Source: an uncultured Candidatus Saccharibacteria bacterium
GTDB taxonomy: Bacteria; Patescibacteriota; Dojkabacteria; J137
Length of the DNA stretch: 37,973 nucleotides
Direction of reading: 5' to 3'
Assembly: GCA_964445405.1 (NCBI GenBank)
Contig: CAYUKX010000001.1
Coordinates: 1 to 37,973 of the forward strand
Part shown: positions 24,741-34,300 of the stretch, piece after piece
How positions within the stretch are numbered: the first letter of the stretch is position 1
Layout: each line of letters begins with the position of its first letter
Position numbers and translations under genes: made by a program
The notes under the pieces: model-generated
What the model saw: the letters and a program-made list of their open reading frames with translations, nothing else
Databases searched by the model: none
What the model was told of the DNA's origin: nothing

Positions 24741-25511
24741 TTAAGGTCGAAGTGTACCAGCGAATACCTGCCAAGCTAACAAAGATTTAGCAACCAAACT
24801 TAATATTATATAAACTCTTTCACCATATAAATAATCTTTCCAAGGTCCAATCTTTTTGTATTGTAATATCATGTTTATTGCAAATGAATTAAAGAATACA
24901 AAAATACTTACATAAATCCAATATACAAAATCAGGAATATTACCACCTCCATAAGTTCTTGCCCCGTATACATAAATTCCAAAAACAATCCAAGGAACAA
25001 TACCAGCTACGCAGCCTAAAATATATGTAAGCCAGTTTACATTTTTATGATCCTGATTATGAACTTCCATAGCTAATCCTAGAAGATTCATTAAAGCATC
25101 TAGTGTGAATATCATTAACAAACTAGAAATATCATAAATTCCTGAAAGCAAGCTGATTGCAACCATCATTACACTGGCGCTTAATGCATATTCAAACCAT
25201 CTAACTTTATTAATTCCTTTTTCAACATTCTTTTCGTAGTTCTTTTTATAGACTGTACCTATAAATAGGTGTGCTAAAGAACTTAAGAAAAAGAATAACA
25301 CTACAAACCAAGCAAGATTAACTTCACCTAATGTAGTTACAGTTGGTAAAAGTTTTTGTGTAGAAACTTCAAACTTTAAATAACTAATTGTAATAGGAAC
25401 AACACCTTTTGAAGGATCACTGATAGCTAAAACTAGAACACCTTGCAAAAAATGCAGCATGGCCATGAACAGATTGAATCTGTTTAGACCTTTTAGTTTT
25501 GCTTGCAACAT
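24741..25511 (-). CDS. heR: Heliorhodopsin
   Basis: 7 TM helices; TM1 N...LH-x-LQ, TM2 His (SSLAH), TM3 N-x-x-RW-x-EY-x-x-SAS-x-M, FFNSFAIN, and TM7 LSLVAKSLLAW with the retinal-binding Lys. Confidence 0.95.
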   Translation of the reverse strand: MLQAKLKGLNRFNLFMAMLHFLQGVLVLAISDPSKGVVPITISYLKFEVSTQKLLPTVTTLGEVNLAWFVVLFFFLSSLAHLFIGTVYKKNYEKNVEKGINKVRWFEYALSASVMMVAISLLSGIYDISSLLMIFTLDALMNLLGLAMEVHNQDHKNVNWLTYILGCVAGIVPWIVFGIYVYGARTYGGGNIPDFVYWIYVSIFVFFNSFAINMILQYKKIGPWKDYLYGERVYIILSLVAKSLLAWQVFAGTLRP

Positions 25512-25580
25512 AAAAGGATATAGTAATGGATAAATACCATTACTATATCAGAATGCAAGACTTTGTAAAGTTTTAGTAAA

Positions 25581-26423
25581 TCAAGATGCTGATTTAGCCT
25601 TTAATGTTTTTAGAACTTCATCAAGTTTTTCTAGTGTTTCTGAATCTGTTACAGTTGTTGATATACCAAACTTGTAAGCATTTGCAGTGTATACTGGATT
25701 ACTACCATCTTTAATAGTAAAGCTTAACTCATCAAGTTTTATAAACTGTGCATTAATTCCACATGCAGTATTAAAGAACAATGAATAATCACCAGCATAA
25801 TACAATACATTGTTTACTCTTCTAAAAACATGGTTAAGTGTTTCAATTTCTGTGTAATCGGTATTTGTAAAGTCTAATACTGTTGTTGCAGTAAATCCTA
25901 GAGCATCTGTTTCATCTTTTACTGATTGTATATAACTTGCCTGTGTATCACTGAATCTAGCAACTGAAGAACAACCGCCTGCACCACCTATACCATCAAT
26001 ACCTTTAAAGCTAAATACAACTTTGCTATTTTCATTTAAAACTTCTAGCCCTGTTAATCCGCTAAAAGTAACTGCTCCTGTATCAGCAAATCCTGCCATT
26101 CCATCTTTATTAGAATACTCTACAATTGACCAATTCAATGGAATAGTTGCTGTTACATATTTTCCTACAAATGTTTCAGTTGTTGGTTCCTCAATAACTT
26201 CTTCTTGTGTTTGATTAGAAGTGTTACTTGTTGATTCTGAGTCAGTACTATTAATTGAAGTTTCATTGGTATTTTGTGAATTATTTGTTGTTACATTGTT
26301 ACCCCTGTAAGTGAATACACCTAACAGACTAAGCACAACTAATATAATTAAGCACGCAAAACAAATTACAATTGTTATTGCCACTAAAAGAATTATTTTA
26401 GTATTTTTACTCAGGTTTTTCAT
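25581..26423 (-). CDS. N-terminally membrane-anchored hypothetical protein with Thr/Asn/Ser linker
   Basis: One long N-terminal TM, low-complexity linker, then a globular domain with P-x-x-W and GIGGAGGC. Confidence 0.6.
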   Translation of the reverse strand: MKNLSKNTKIILLVAITIVICFACLIILVVLSLLGVFTYRGNNVTTNNSQNTNETSINSTDSESTSNTSNQTQEEVIEEPTTETFVGKYVTATIPLNWSIVEYSNKDGMAGFADTGAVTFSGLTGLEVLNENSKVVFSFKGIDGIGGAGGCSSVARFSDTQASYIQSVKDETDALGFTATTVLDFTNTDYTEIETLNHVFRRVNNVLYYAGDYSLFFNTACGINAQFIKLDELSFTIKDGSNPVYTANAYKFGISTTVTDSETLEKLDEVLKTLKAKSAS

Positions 26424-26604
26424 ATGAATTTGATTAATAAATTAAGTAAGTATAAAACATATAAATATTTTATAAAAGAACTTAAATCACACTTACCAAA
26501 CTGTCAATTCTTACTTTATTGAATATTTCGTAATAATTTTGTAAACTTAAAAGGGTTCTCTGCGAATTGTACTCCCCAAATCCATATTTTTTACAAATAT
26601 TCTA

Positions 26605-27225
26605 ATGAGTATTACTTCACAGCTAGATGGTTCACAAGAAAATTTAGACGTACCCGTGGATGTAAAATTTATCTATCAGCAAAGCCAAGCACCCAACATA
26701 AGCGTAGCAAGAAGAGTAGACTTAGCTATTAGAAGCTCCCAACTTAATGATCTTTTTAATAACCGATATCCTGTAATAGTTAATGGTGGAGATCTAGTTT
26801 CTATTATTGAACAAGAACATGCAAGAACATTTTTTTCTGAGTGGTTTTGTAATCAAAATCTACCAAATATACTAAGGAATTTAGTTAGGCTAGACCGAGC
26901 AAAAATACTACAGCATACTCAAAGTGCTAAACAGCAGGGTGAATTAAACTCCACATTTACAAACTTATTAGACGGTCAGGCAGTTATTAGAAACAGTTTA
27001 CTTACCGATATCCTAAAAGAAGTTGCATTAGCGCTAAAATCAGAACTAGGATTGCCATATTCAAGAATTTATAGAATCTGTTTTGTATTAGCTTTAACTC
27101 CTAATCAAAGAGCTATTCACTTTGGATCCATACCTGTACATCAAGATCTAGAAGTTCATTCAATGTTGGTGGATCTTGTACGACATAGATTAGTGGAAAA
27201 GCTACTGGAACACCACGAGAATTAA
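26605..27225 (+). CDS. Hypothetical protein
   Basis: 206-aa ORF with ATG start; no motif recognised. Confidence 0.5.
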   Translation: MSITSQLDGSQENLDVPVDVKFIYQQSQAPNISVARRVDLAIRSSQLNDLFNNRYPVIVNGGDLVSIIEQEHARTFFSEWFCNQNLPNILRNLVRLDRAKILQHTQSAKQQGELNSTFTNLLDGQAVIRNSLLTDILKEVALALKSELGLPYSRIYRICFVLALTPNQRAIHFGSIPVHQDLEVHSMLVDLVRHRLVEKLLEHHEN

Positions 27226-27249
27226 ACAATACTTAACTAATTAAAATAT

Positions 27250-27537
27250 ATGGACATATTTCTTGCTCTAGCCGAACCTACACGCCGCAGTATTATTGAA
27301 ATCCTTGCAAAACGTAATCATTTATTTGCATCTGAGATTTATAAATCATTTAATGTAACAGAGTCAGCAATTTCCCAACATTTGAAAGTATTAAAAGAAG
27401 CAAATCTTGTGATTGTTGAAAAGCAGGCACAACACAGAATTTACAAATTAAACCCACTGGCAATTAAAGAGCTTGAACATTGGACAAATAAACTTCACCA
27501 ACTAGAACAGGTATCCACAGAGTATAAAAAAATTTAA
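27250..27537 (+). CDS. ArsR/SmtB-family transcriptional regulator
   Basis: F-x-ALAEPTRR-x-I, AISQHLKVL, and R-x-Y-x-L. Confidence 0.9.
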   Translation: MDIFLALAEPTRRSIIEILAKRNHLFASEIYKSFNVTESAISQHLKVLKEANLVIVEKQAQHRIYKLNPLAIKELEHWTNKLHQLEQVSTEYKKI

Positions 27538-27567
27538 AGAGCTAGCACTTAGCTCTTTATTGTTTTT
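27535..27567 (+). terminator. Intrinsic terminator after the ArsR gene
   Basis: TAAAGAGCTA-GCACT-TAGCTCTTTA followed by TTGTTTTT. Confidence 0.6.
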
Positions 27568-27613
27568 AACATAAAGTGTAATATTTAGAGTTTAGTTTAG
27601 CTCACACTTAATT

Positions 27614-27901
27614 ATGTGTAGAAACATAAAGAATTTATTTAACTTTGACCCCCCAGCTACCGAACAGGAGTTGCGAGATGCTGCACTTCAATTTGTAAGA
27701 AAATTGTCAGGCTTTCATACACCTTCTGAAAAAAACTCTGACGTATTTTATGCAGCGGTTGATCAAGTAGCTGTTGCAGCAAGCGGATTAGTAAATAATC
27801 TTGTTACAGATTCGAATCCCAAAGATAGACAAATAGAAGCATTAAAAGCAAAGGCCAGAAATGCAAAACGATTTGGGAATACAAATCTTGTTATTCTATA
27901 A
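27614..27901 (+). CDS. DUF2277 family protein
   Basis: Signature MCRNIK-x-LFNF-x-PPAT...AALQFVRKLSG. Confidence 0.88.
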   Translation: MCRNIKNLFNFDPPATEQELRDAALQFVRKLSGFHTPSEKNSDVFYAAVDQVAVAASGLVNNLVTDSNPKDRQIEALKAKARNAKRFGNTNLVIL

Positions 27902-27903
27902 AA

Positions 27904-28179
27904 ATGGAATGCGAACATTTAAAAGTAAAAAATATTACCAATATTATTCCTAAATCAAATTTTATTAAATTTGAATGTGAAGAATGTAGAAAGATAAATA
28001 GTTGGTGGGTACATTTAAGAATCTGTCAGGAATGTGGCAAGATGCTCTGCTGCGATTCTTCGCCTAATCAGCATGCTCGTAAACACTACAATAAAGAAGA
28101 TCATAAGATAATTAGTTCAGCTGAACTAGGTGAAAATTGGCTTTATTGTTATGAAGACGACCAAACTAAGAACTATTAA
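27904..28179 (+). CDS. Stand-alone UBP-type zinc finger protein
   Basis: C-x-H...CEEC...WVHLR-x-C-x-x-CG...CCDSS...HA-x-x-H...GE-x-W-x-YCY. Confidence 0.88.
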   Translation: MECEHLKVKNITNIIPKSNFIKFECEECRKINSWWVHLRICQECGKMLCCDSSPNQHARKHYNKEDHKIISSAELGENWLYCYEDDQTKNY

Positions 28180-28188
28180 ATTAAAAAT

Positions 28189-29499
28189 ATGAAAGTCTTC
28201 TACAATCTATTAGTAAACACAGTAATTTCTTCAGTCACAAACTTTACAGTTTGGTTCGCAATAATCTTTTTTGGATATATACAAACTCAATCAGTGATTG
28301 TAACTTCGGTTATGTCAGGTATATATTTAGTTGCAACAGCTGCAACAGGGTTCTGGTTTGGGGAATTGGTAGACAATAATAAAAAGAAAAAGCTGTTGGT
28401 TGTTTCGGGAATATTCTCATTAATAATGTACTTAATATGTTTTATTATTTATATAACAGTAGGTGCCGATGCATTTAAAGATGTATCAAATCCAATATTG
28501 TGGGTATTTATAATATTTATATTACTTGGAGTTATTGCGGGTAACATAAGAGGAATTATATTACCTGTACTTATTCCTGTATTGGTAGACAAAGATAATA
28601 TAGATAAGGCCAATGGCTTGGCAGGAACTGCATCTGGGGTATCTTTTTTAATAGTATCGGTAATTAGTGGGTTATTAGTAGGATTTGGAGGAATGTATTG
28701 GGTATTAATTCTAGCTATAATGCTAATTTTAGCCTCTACTCTTCATTTACATTTTATAAAAATTCCTGAAAAAGAAATTATTCATACTCAGGAAGAACCA
28801 AGAAAAATAAATATTAGGGCAACATTAAAAATTATTTTAGGAGTTCCCGGTTTAATGTCACTGATATTCTTTACAACTATAAACAATTTCTTGGGAGGCG
28901 TATTTATGTCACTAATGGATGCTTATGGGTTGTCGTTGGTCTCGGTTGAGGTATGGGGAATAATATGGGGTGTACTAAGTTGCGCATTTATTATTGGTGG
29001 ATTAATGATTGCTAAAAAAGGTTTAGGAAGAAATCCATTGAAGGTAATATTTATGGTTAATATTCTTATTTGGATTATTTCCAGTTTATTTACTATTCAG
29101 CATTCAATACTGTTATTAATGGTTGGAATGTTCATATATTTAATGTTTGGACCATTTATTGAAGCTGCAGAACACACGGTTATTCAAAAAGTTGTTCCTC
29201 AAGATAAATTAGGAAGAGTATTTGGTTTTGCACAAAGTGTGGAGCAAGCTGCATCTCCAATAACATCGTTTGCTGTTGGCCCGATAACTCAATTAATATT
29301 TATACCATTCATGACTACAGGAGAAGGTGTTAGGTTAATTGGAAGTTGGTATGGAACTGGATCTGCAAGAGGAATTGCACTTGTATTTACATTAACTGGG
29401 ATTATTGGACTAGTAATAACACTTATAGCTTATAGGTCAAAATTTTATAAACAATTATCCAAAAGGTATTTACAAATAAATACTAATATCGAAAATTAA
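28189..29499 (+). CDS. MFS transporter (DHA3/macrolide-efflux-like)
   Basis: About 12 TM helices; G-x-LVD motif A variant, KANG, and Q-x-x-VP-x-x-x-LGRVFG. Confidence 0.88.
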   Translation: MKVFYNLLVNTVISSVTNFTVWFAIIFFGYIQTQSVIVTSVMSGIYLVATAATGFWFGELVDNNKKKKLLVVSGIFSLIMYLICFIIYITVGADAFKDVSNPILWVFIIFILLGVIAGNIRGIILPVLIPVLVDKDNIDKANGLAGTASGVSFLIVSVISGLLVGFGGMYWVLILAIMLILASTLHLHFIKIPEKEIIHTQEEPRKINIRATLKIILGVPGLMSLIFFTTINNFLGGVFMSLMDAYGLSLVSVEVWGIIWGVLSCAFIIGGLMIAKKGLGRNPLKVIFMVNILIWIISSLFTIQHSILLLMVGMFIYLMFGPFIEAAEHTVIQKVVPQDKLGRVFGFAQSVEQAASPITSFAVGPITQLIFIPFMTTGEGVRLIGSWYGTGSARGIALVFTLTGIIGLVITLIAYRSKFYKQLSKRYLQINTNIEN

Positions 29500-29525
29500 T
29501 ATATTTTATTTTTTATAAAAGATGC

Positions 29526-29888
29526 ATGCTTAATTTAAACTCAATAATGATAGGCTCATCTCAGCCAAAAGTATTGGCGGAATTATATACCAAGATTTTT
29601 GATAAGAAACCAGATTCAGAAGAAGGTGGATGGTATGGTTGGCAAGTTGGTAGTTGTTATTTATCCATAGGTGAGCACTCAGAAGTTCATGATTCTTCAA
29701 AAGAACCGCAAAGAGTAATGTTTTGTTTAGAAACCGATAATGTGAAAGAAGAATTTGAAAGGATAAAGAAGTATGGAGCTACAGTAATTAAAGAACCATA
29801 TGACATGGAAGGTTACGAAGGCTACTATATTGCAACCTTTGCTGATCCAGATGGCAATTACTTTCAACTGATGTCTAAATGGGATTAA
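29526..29888 (+). CDS. VOC/glyoxalase family protein
   Basis: GA-x-VI-x-EP and F-x-DPDGN-x-FQL. Confidence 0.88.
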   Translation: MLNLNSIMIGSSQPKVLAELYTKIFDKKPDSEEGGWYGWQVGSCYLSIGEHSEVHDSSKEPQRVMFCLETDNVKEEFERIKKYGATVIKEPYDMEGYEGYYIATFADPDGNYFQLMSKWD

Positions 29889-29919
29889 CGTAACAAACAA
29901 ATAAAATTTAGTATTTTTA

Positions 29920-29935
29920 GGTGACCCGAGTCACA
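29920..29935. promoter_or_regulatory. CRP-type operator
   Basis: GGTGA-CCCGAG-TCACA is a 9/10 match to TGTGA-N6-TCACA and lies upstream of the Crp-family gene. Confidence 0.6.
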
Positions 29936-30001
29936 ATCAAAGTTTGAAATTTAGGCCTGTAAGGTTATTATTAGCTGTAACTGCAGAATAAATATTCGGT
30001 A

Positions 30002-30655
30002 TTGTTACTTTTTACAGGTTACATTACAACTATTAAAGACATAAGCTTTAATACATATCCCATAAAGTACTTTAGGGCAAAGCAATTGATACTCTCTCCT
30101 GGCGAAGGTTCAGGCAATTTGTATATACTCGAGAGTGGTTTTGTAAAAGTATATAGAATTACAGGAACAGGATTGGAGATTGTATTTACTATACTAAAAT
30201 CTGAAGCATTTATTCCTTTATTGGTAGCATTAGGGGATACAAAAAATGATTTCTATTTTGAGGCTCTGACGGATTGTCGAGTAAGGGTAGTAGAATTTGA
30301 ACAATTCAACAAAATGGTTAGAGCAAATAGACAGATGCATGACTTTCTAAAAGAGAAAATGATCAAAGGGTACGGGAATTTGGTTGAAAGACTTGAAATG
30401 CTAAATACTTGTGATGCGCTTACTAGAGTTGCTACAGCTATTGTTTATCTTAATTCATTATTTGGGCAAGAAGTAGATGGACGCATTAGTTTCCCAGTTA
30501 AATTTTCTCACGAATTAATTTCAGGATTAGCTTTTACTACAAGAGAAACAGCCTCACGTAAAATTGAAGAACTTAATACTAAAAAGATTATCACAACTGG
30601 CTATAACAATATGCAAATATTGAACTTAGAGGCTTTAAAACGCATCGCCAATTAA
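30002..30655 (+). CDS. Crp/Fnr-family transcriptional regulator (TTG start uncertain)
   Basis: cNMP-binding fold (LYILESGFVKVY...G-x-E) and HTH TTRETASR. Confidence 0.88.
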   Translation: MLLFTGYITTIKDISFNTYPIKYFRAKQLILSPGEGSGNLYILESGFVKVYRITGTGLEIVFTILKSEAFIPLLVALGDTKNDFYFEALTDCRVRVVEFEQFNKMVRANRQMHDFLKEKMIKGYGNLVERLEMLNTCDALTRVATAIVYLNSLFGQEVDGRISFPVKFSHELISGLAFTTRETASRKIEELNTKKIITTGYNNMQILNLEALKRIAN

Positions 30656-30661
30656 GTAATT

Positions 30662-31300
30662 CTATAAACTTGCGAGAAGATTTTTTACTGTATCGTTATC
30701 TGGATTAATTTTAAGAATCTCGTTGTAGGTGTCTTTAGCCTTTTCTTTAAGTCCCGCATCACGATATGCATTAGCCAATGTTAATAAAAGTGACTCCTTG
30801 TTATTTGGACTATTCTCAATTCCTTTTAGATAAACTCCATAACCCATCTCAGGTTGTTGTAAAACATATATGTAAAGGTTAGCAAGATTTACATAAACAT
30901 TTAACTGAGATTTATCTAAATCAATAGATTTTTGATAAGAATCTACCGCTTTTTGATACTCGCCATTATCTCTATAAATATTACCTAAATTATTATATAG
31001 GACAGCATCGCTGGGGTTTACTTCAAGCTCGCGTAAGTATTGCTCTTTGGCACCTTCTAAGTCTCCGGTTGCATATAAAGCTACAGCGTAATTTCTTATT
31101 GATTTTGAATCACTAGTTTGAGCTTTTTGTTCAAGCGCTGGTAAATCATTTTTATATGATTCTATAATTGGATTAGTATTTGTTGTATTAAGCGCAGGTG
31201 CAGCAACTTTATTATTCGATGAAATATATATTATTACACTTATAACTACTAGTGTTACCAAACCTATCGCAATTAATATTTGTTTTGTTTTTGTTGTCAT
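30662..31300 (-). CDS. Membrane-anchored TPR protein
   Basis: N-terminal TM; TPR repeats LYNNLGNIY...A...Y-x-K-x-I-x-L and YVNLANLY. Confidence 0.85.
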   Translation of the reverse strand: MTTKTKQILIAIGLVTLVVISVIIYISSNNKVAAPALNTTNTNPIIESYKNDLPALEQKAQTSDSKSIRNYAVALYATGDLEGAKEQYLRELEVNPSDAVLYNNLGNIYRDNGEYQKAVDSYQKSIDLDKSQLNVYVNLANLYIYVLQQPEMGYGVYLKGIENSPNNKESLLLTLANAYRDAGLKEKAKDTYNEILKINPDNDTVKNLLASL

Positions 31301-31318
31301 ATGTAAATATTGTACAGC

Positions 31319-34300
31319 TTAATTATTGAAAATCAAATCATATAAATATTCCCCAAACGATCTAGGTTTAAAGTCAAATGTTAATGGAGCTGTTGAAACA
31401 TTTGTATTATAGACTGTTGCGGTAATTGTACCCTGATCAGTAAAAAATTTATTTCTACTTACGAATAACTTCCAGTATCCATTATTATCCGAAGTAACTG
31501 AACCTAAAATATTATTTTGTTCATCCTTTACAACCACTATCTGATTTGGAATTGAGGTACCAGATATATTTACGTGTCCGTTACTTAGTATTAAAGAACC
31601 TTGTCTAGGAGATAGAATTGAAACTACTGGAACTTCAATAGTAACCTCTACTGTACCTTCATCGTCACTAAAGTAGTCTTCATCTACATTAATAACAACT
31701 GGTGTTGTTGGAATATTAGGCACTACTACTGGCACAGATGGTGTAATTTGCGGTTGCTGTGGTGTTACAACAGGCTGTTGAGGTGGTGTTGGAATCACAG
31801 GTGCTGGAGTAACTGTAACTGTAGGTGTTGAGTGAGCAATAATACCACCAAAGCTTACTTTAATTGCATTCTCGTAAGTTCCAGCAACCTTAACAGGTGT
31901 ATACAATCCATTTTGAGTAATTGTTCCTGCATTCGTATTTTCCATTTCCCAGACAACAGTTACATTTGTCATAGATTTACTAAATTGATCATAAACTATT
32001 GCACTTAGTTGCTGACTATTGTTTTCGTTTATGGTAAAGCTCGATGGGTTAACTACAATTGTTGTTGGAGTAAGTGCGGCCACTACAACTGAACTTGTAG
32101 CAGTTGTTAATCCGTTACCAGAAGCACTAAATGTAAAGTTGCCTGATCGAGTATCTTTATAGTAAATATTTACGCAAGATTGACCTGTTTGAATATCAGC
32201 TGAACCAATCCCCCATTGTCCTGCAACTTCTGTTGCAAACTCACCAGTATTTGATGTTGAATTAAGATTTATACTTCTTGGTAAATTAGTAACAACCTGA
32301 TTACCAAATTGATCATGTAAACATACATTAATTGCTTCAGTTGAATAACCTACGTAAGTTGCAATTGAAAGTGGTGCGATTGTAATTAAAGATGCACTAT
32401 CGGCTACTGCTGTAGCATTAAATGTAATTGTGGTCTGAATACCATCTACTGATGCGACAACGCTTTGGTTACCTACAGCTGTGCCTAAAGTCCATGTTGT
32501 ACTTGTTTCTCCAGTTTCTGGATTAAGCGTATTCGGTACGCCTACACTTCCATTACCTGTTGTTACTGTAAACAAAACCGTTTTGTCTATTGCTGGTTGG
32601 CCTTGGTTATCTAAAACAATTACTTTTATTGGTTCTTCAAGTGTTTGACCCGCAACTCCTACTTGATTATTACCTGAAACATAGTAAATAACGTAATCAG
32701 CATATGTAACTGTTATTGCATTTGAAGTTCCTTCGATTGATCCATCTTTTACCGTAATTGCGACTGTTTCGGCTTTAAATAATGTTGTTGATAGCGTTGT
32801 GGTTGATGCACTACTACTAAAACTAACCGTTGTTGTGTAAATTGGCGTGCTACCTGTAACGGGATCTGCTGTTGGTCCTGAATAAGTTAACGTTTTAGAA
32901 CCTGTATAATCATTACTAATATTTGCGAACTGATCTATTGTTGTTACAGAAACAAGATTAAAGCTTACTCCAGATTGAACTGTTGATGGTGCCACAACTT
33001 GAAAGCTGTGTGTTGTAGCGGCTGAAACATTTATAGGATCTGCAGTTCCAGATAAATTATCTTCTGCAATTGTTAAACTTAATAATGCACTTTCTGCTTT
33101 TACCAACGTAATTGGGATAGTTGCAGAACCATTAATAAATTCTACAGATGTATTTAATGTTGGATTTGTATTATTAGCACTTGCGTTTGCTCCGGAATAT
33201 TCAATTATCTTAACACCACTGTAATCTGTAATTAAATTACCTTCTTCATCTAGCACCGAAAGTGTTAAATTAAATTCTTGACCGGCAACTGCACTCAATG
33301 GAGAATCTATAACTAGATTTGTTGGATTATTAGGAGTTGCAGTTGCCGTAAATACAATTGGCGAACCAGCAGCACCATTAATCTGAGCTTGAACTTCATC
33401 CGAATCTGTTCCTGCTGTGGAACCTAATCTGAATGTTTGACTAGCTACTCCCTCGTTGTTTGTAACAGGGTCTGCTATAGATAAGTACCCGTCACTTTTA
33501 GTTACAACAAATAAAACTGGATAATTATTTTTTGGATTTCCAAATAAATCTTTTACTGCAACAACAAGCGGCTCTGCTACAAAACTATTTATTTGTGCAG
33601 TTTGATTATTACCTGAAACATATTCAATGCTTCCCACTTGTCCAGCAGCTACATTAATATATTCAGATAGGCCGGTAATCAGACCATCAGTAATAGTTAT
33701 TTGTATTGATTCTTTTTTTACTAATTGAGTTGTTAATGTTGTAACTGAAGACCCATTATCAAATTCAACTTCTGTTGTGTACGTTGGACTTCCTGAAGAT
33801 GGACCATTTGCTGCACCACTATAGCTTAAAGTTTTGACACCAGTATAATTAGTATCTATGTTGCCATAGTGATCATAAGCAGTAATGGAATTTAAATTAA
33901 ACTCTACTCCAGCTGTTGCACTTGTAGGTGAATCAATCAAAAAGTATTCTGCTGTAGCTGGGTTTACTGTAAATTCATTTGATATTCCAGTTAAATTCTC
34001 TACTTCAATGTTTAAACTTGTAGTTTCTGCTTTAACCAAAATAGTATTTAATGCTGTAGTCGAAACACCATTAGTAAAATTTACACCAGTCGTAAATACA
34101 GGTGTTGTACCTGTAGGACCGTTTGCGGCACCAGAGTATGTTACTAACTTGTTTCCATTAAAACTTGTATCCACATTGTTAAACTCGTCCAATGCAGTAA
34201 TGGAAGTAATATCAAATTGTGTACCAGCAGTTACATTTGTAGGTACATTAATACTTAAATGTGTAGCTTGCGCTGGGTTAATTAGCACTGATGGGCTTAT

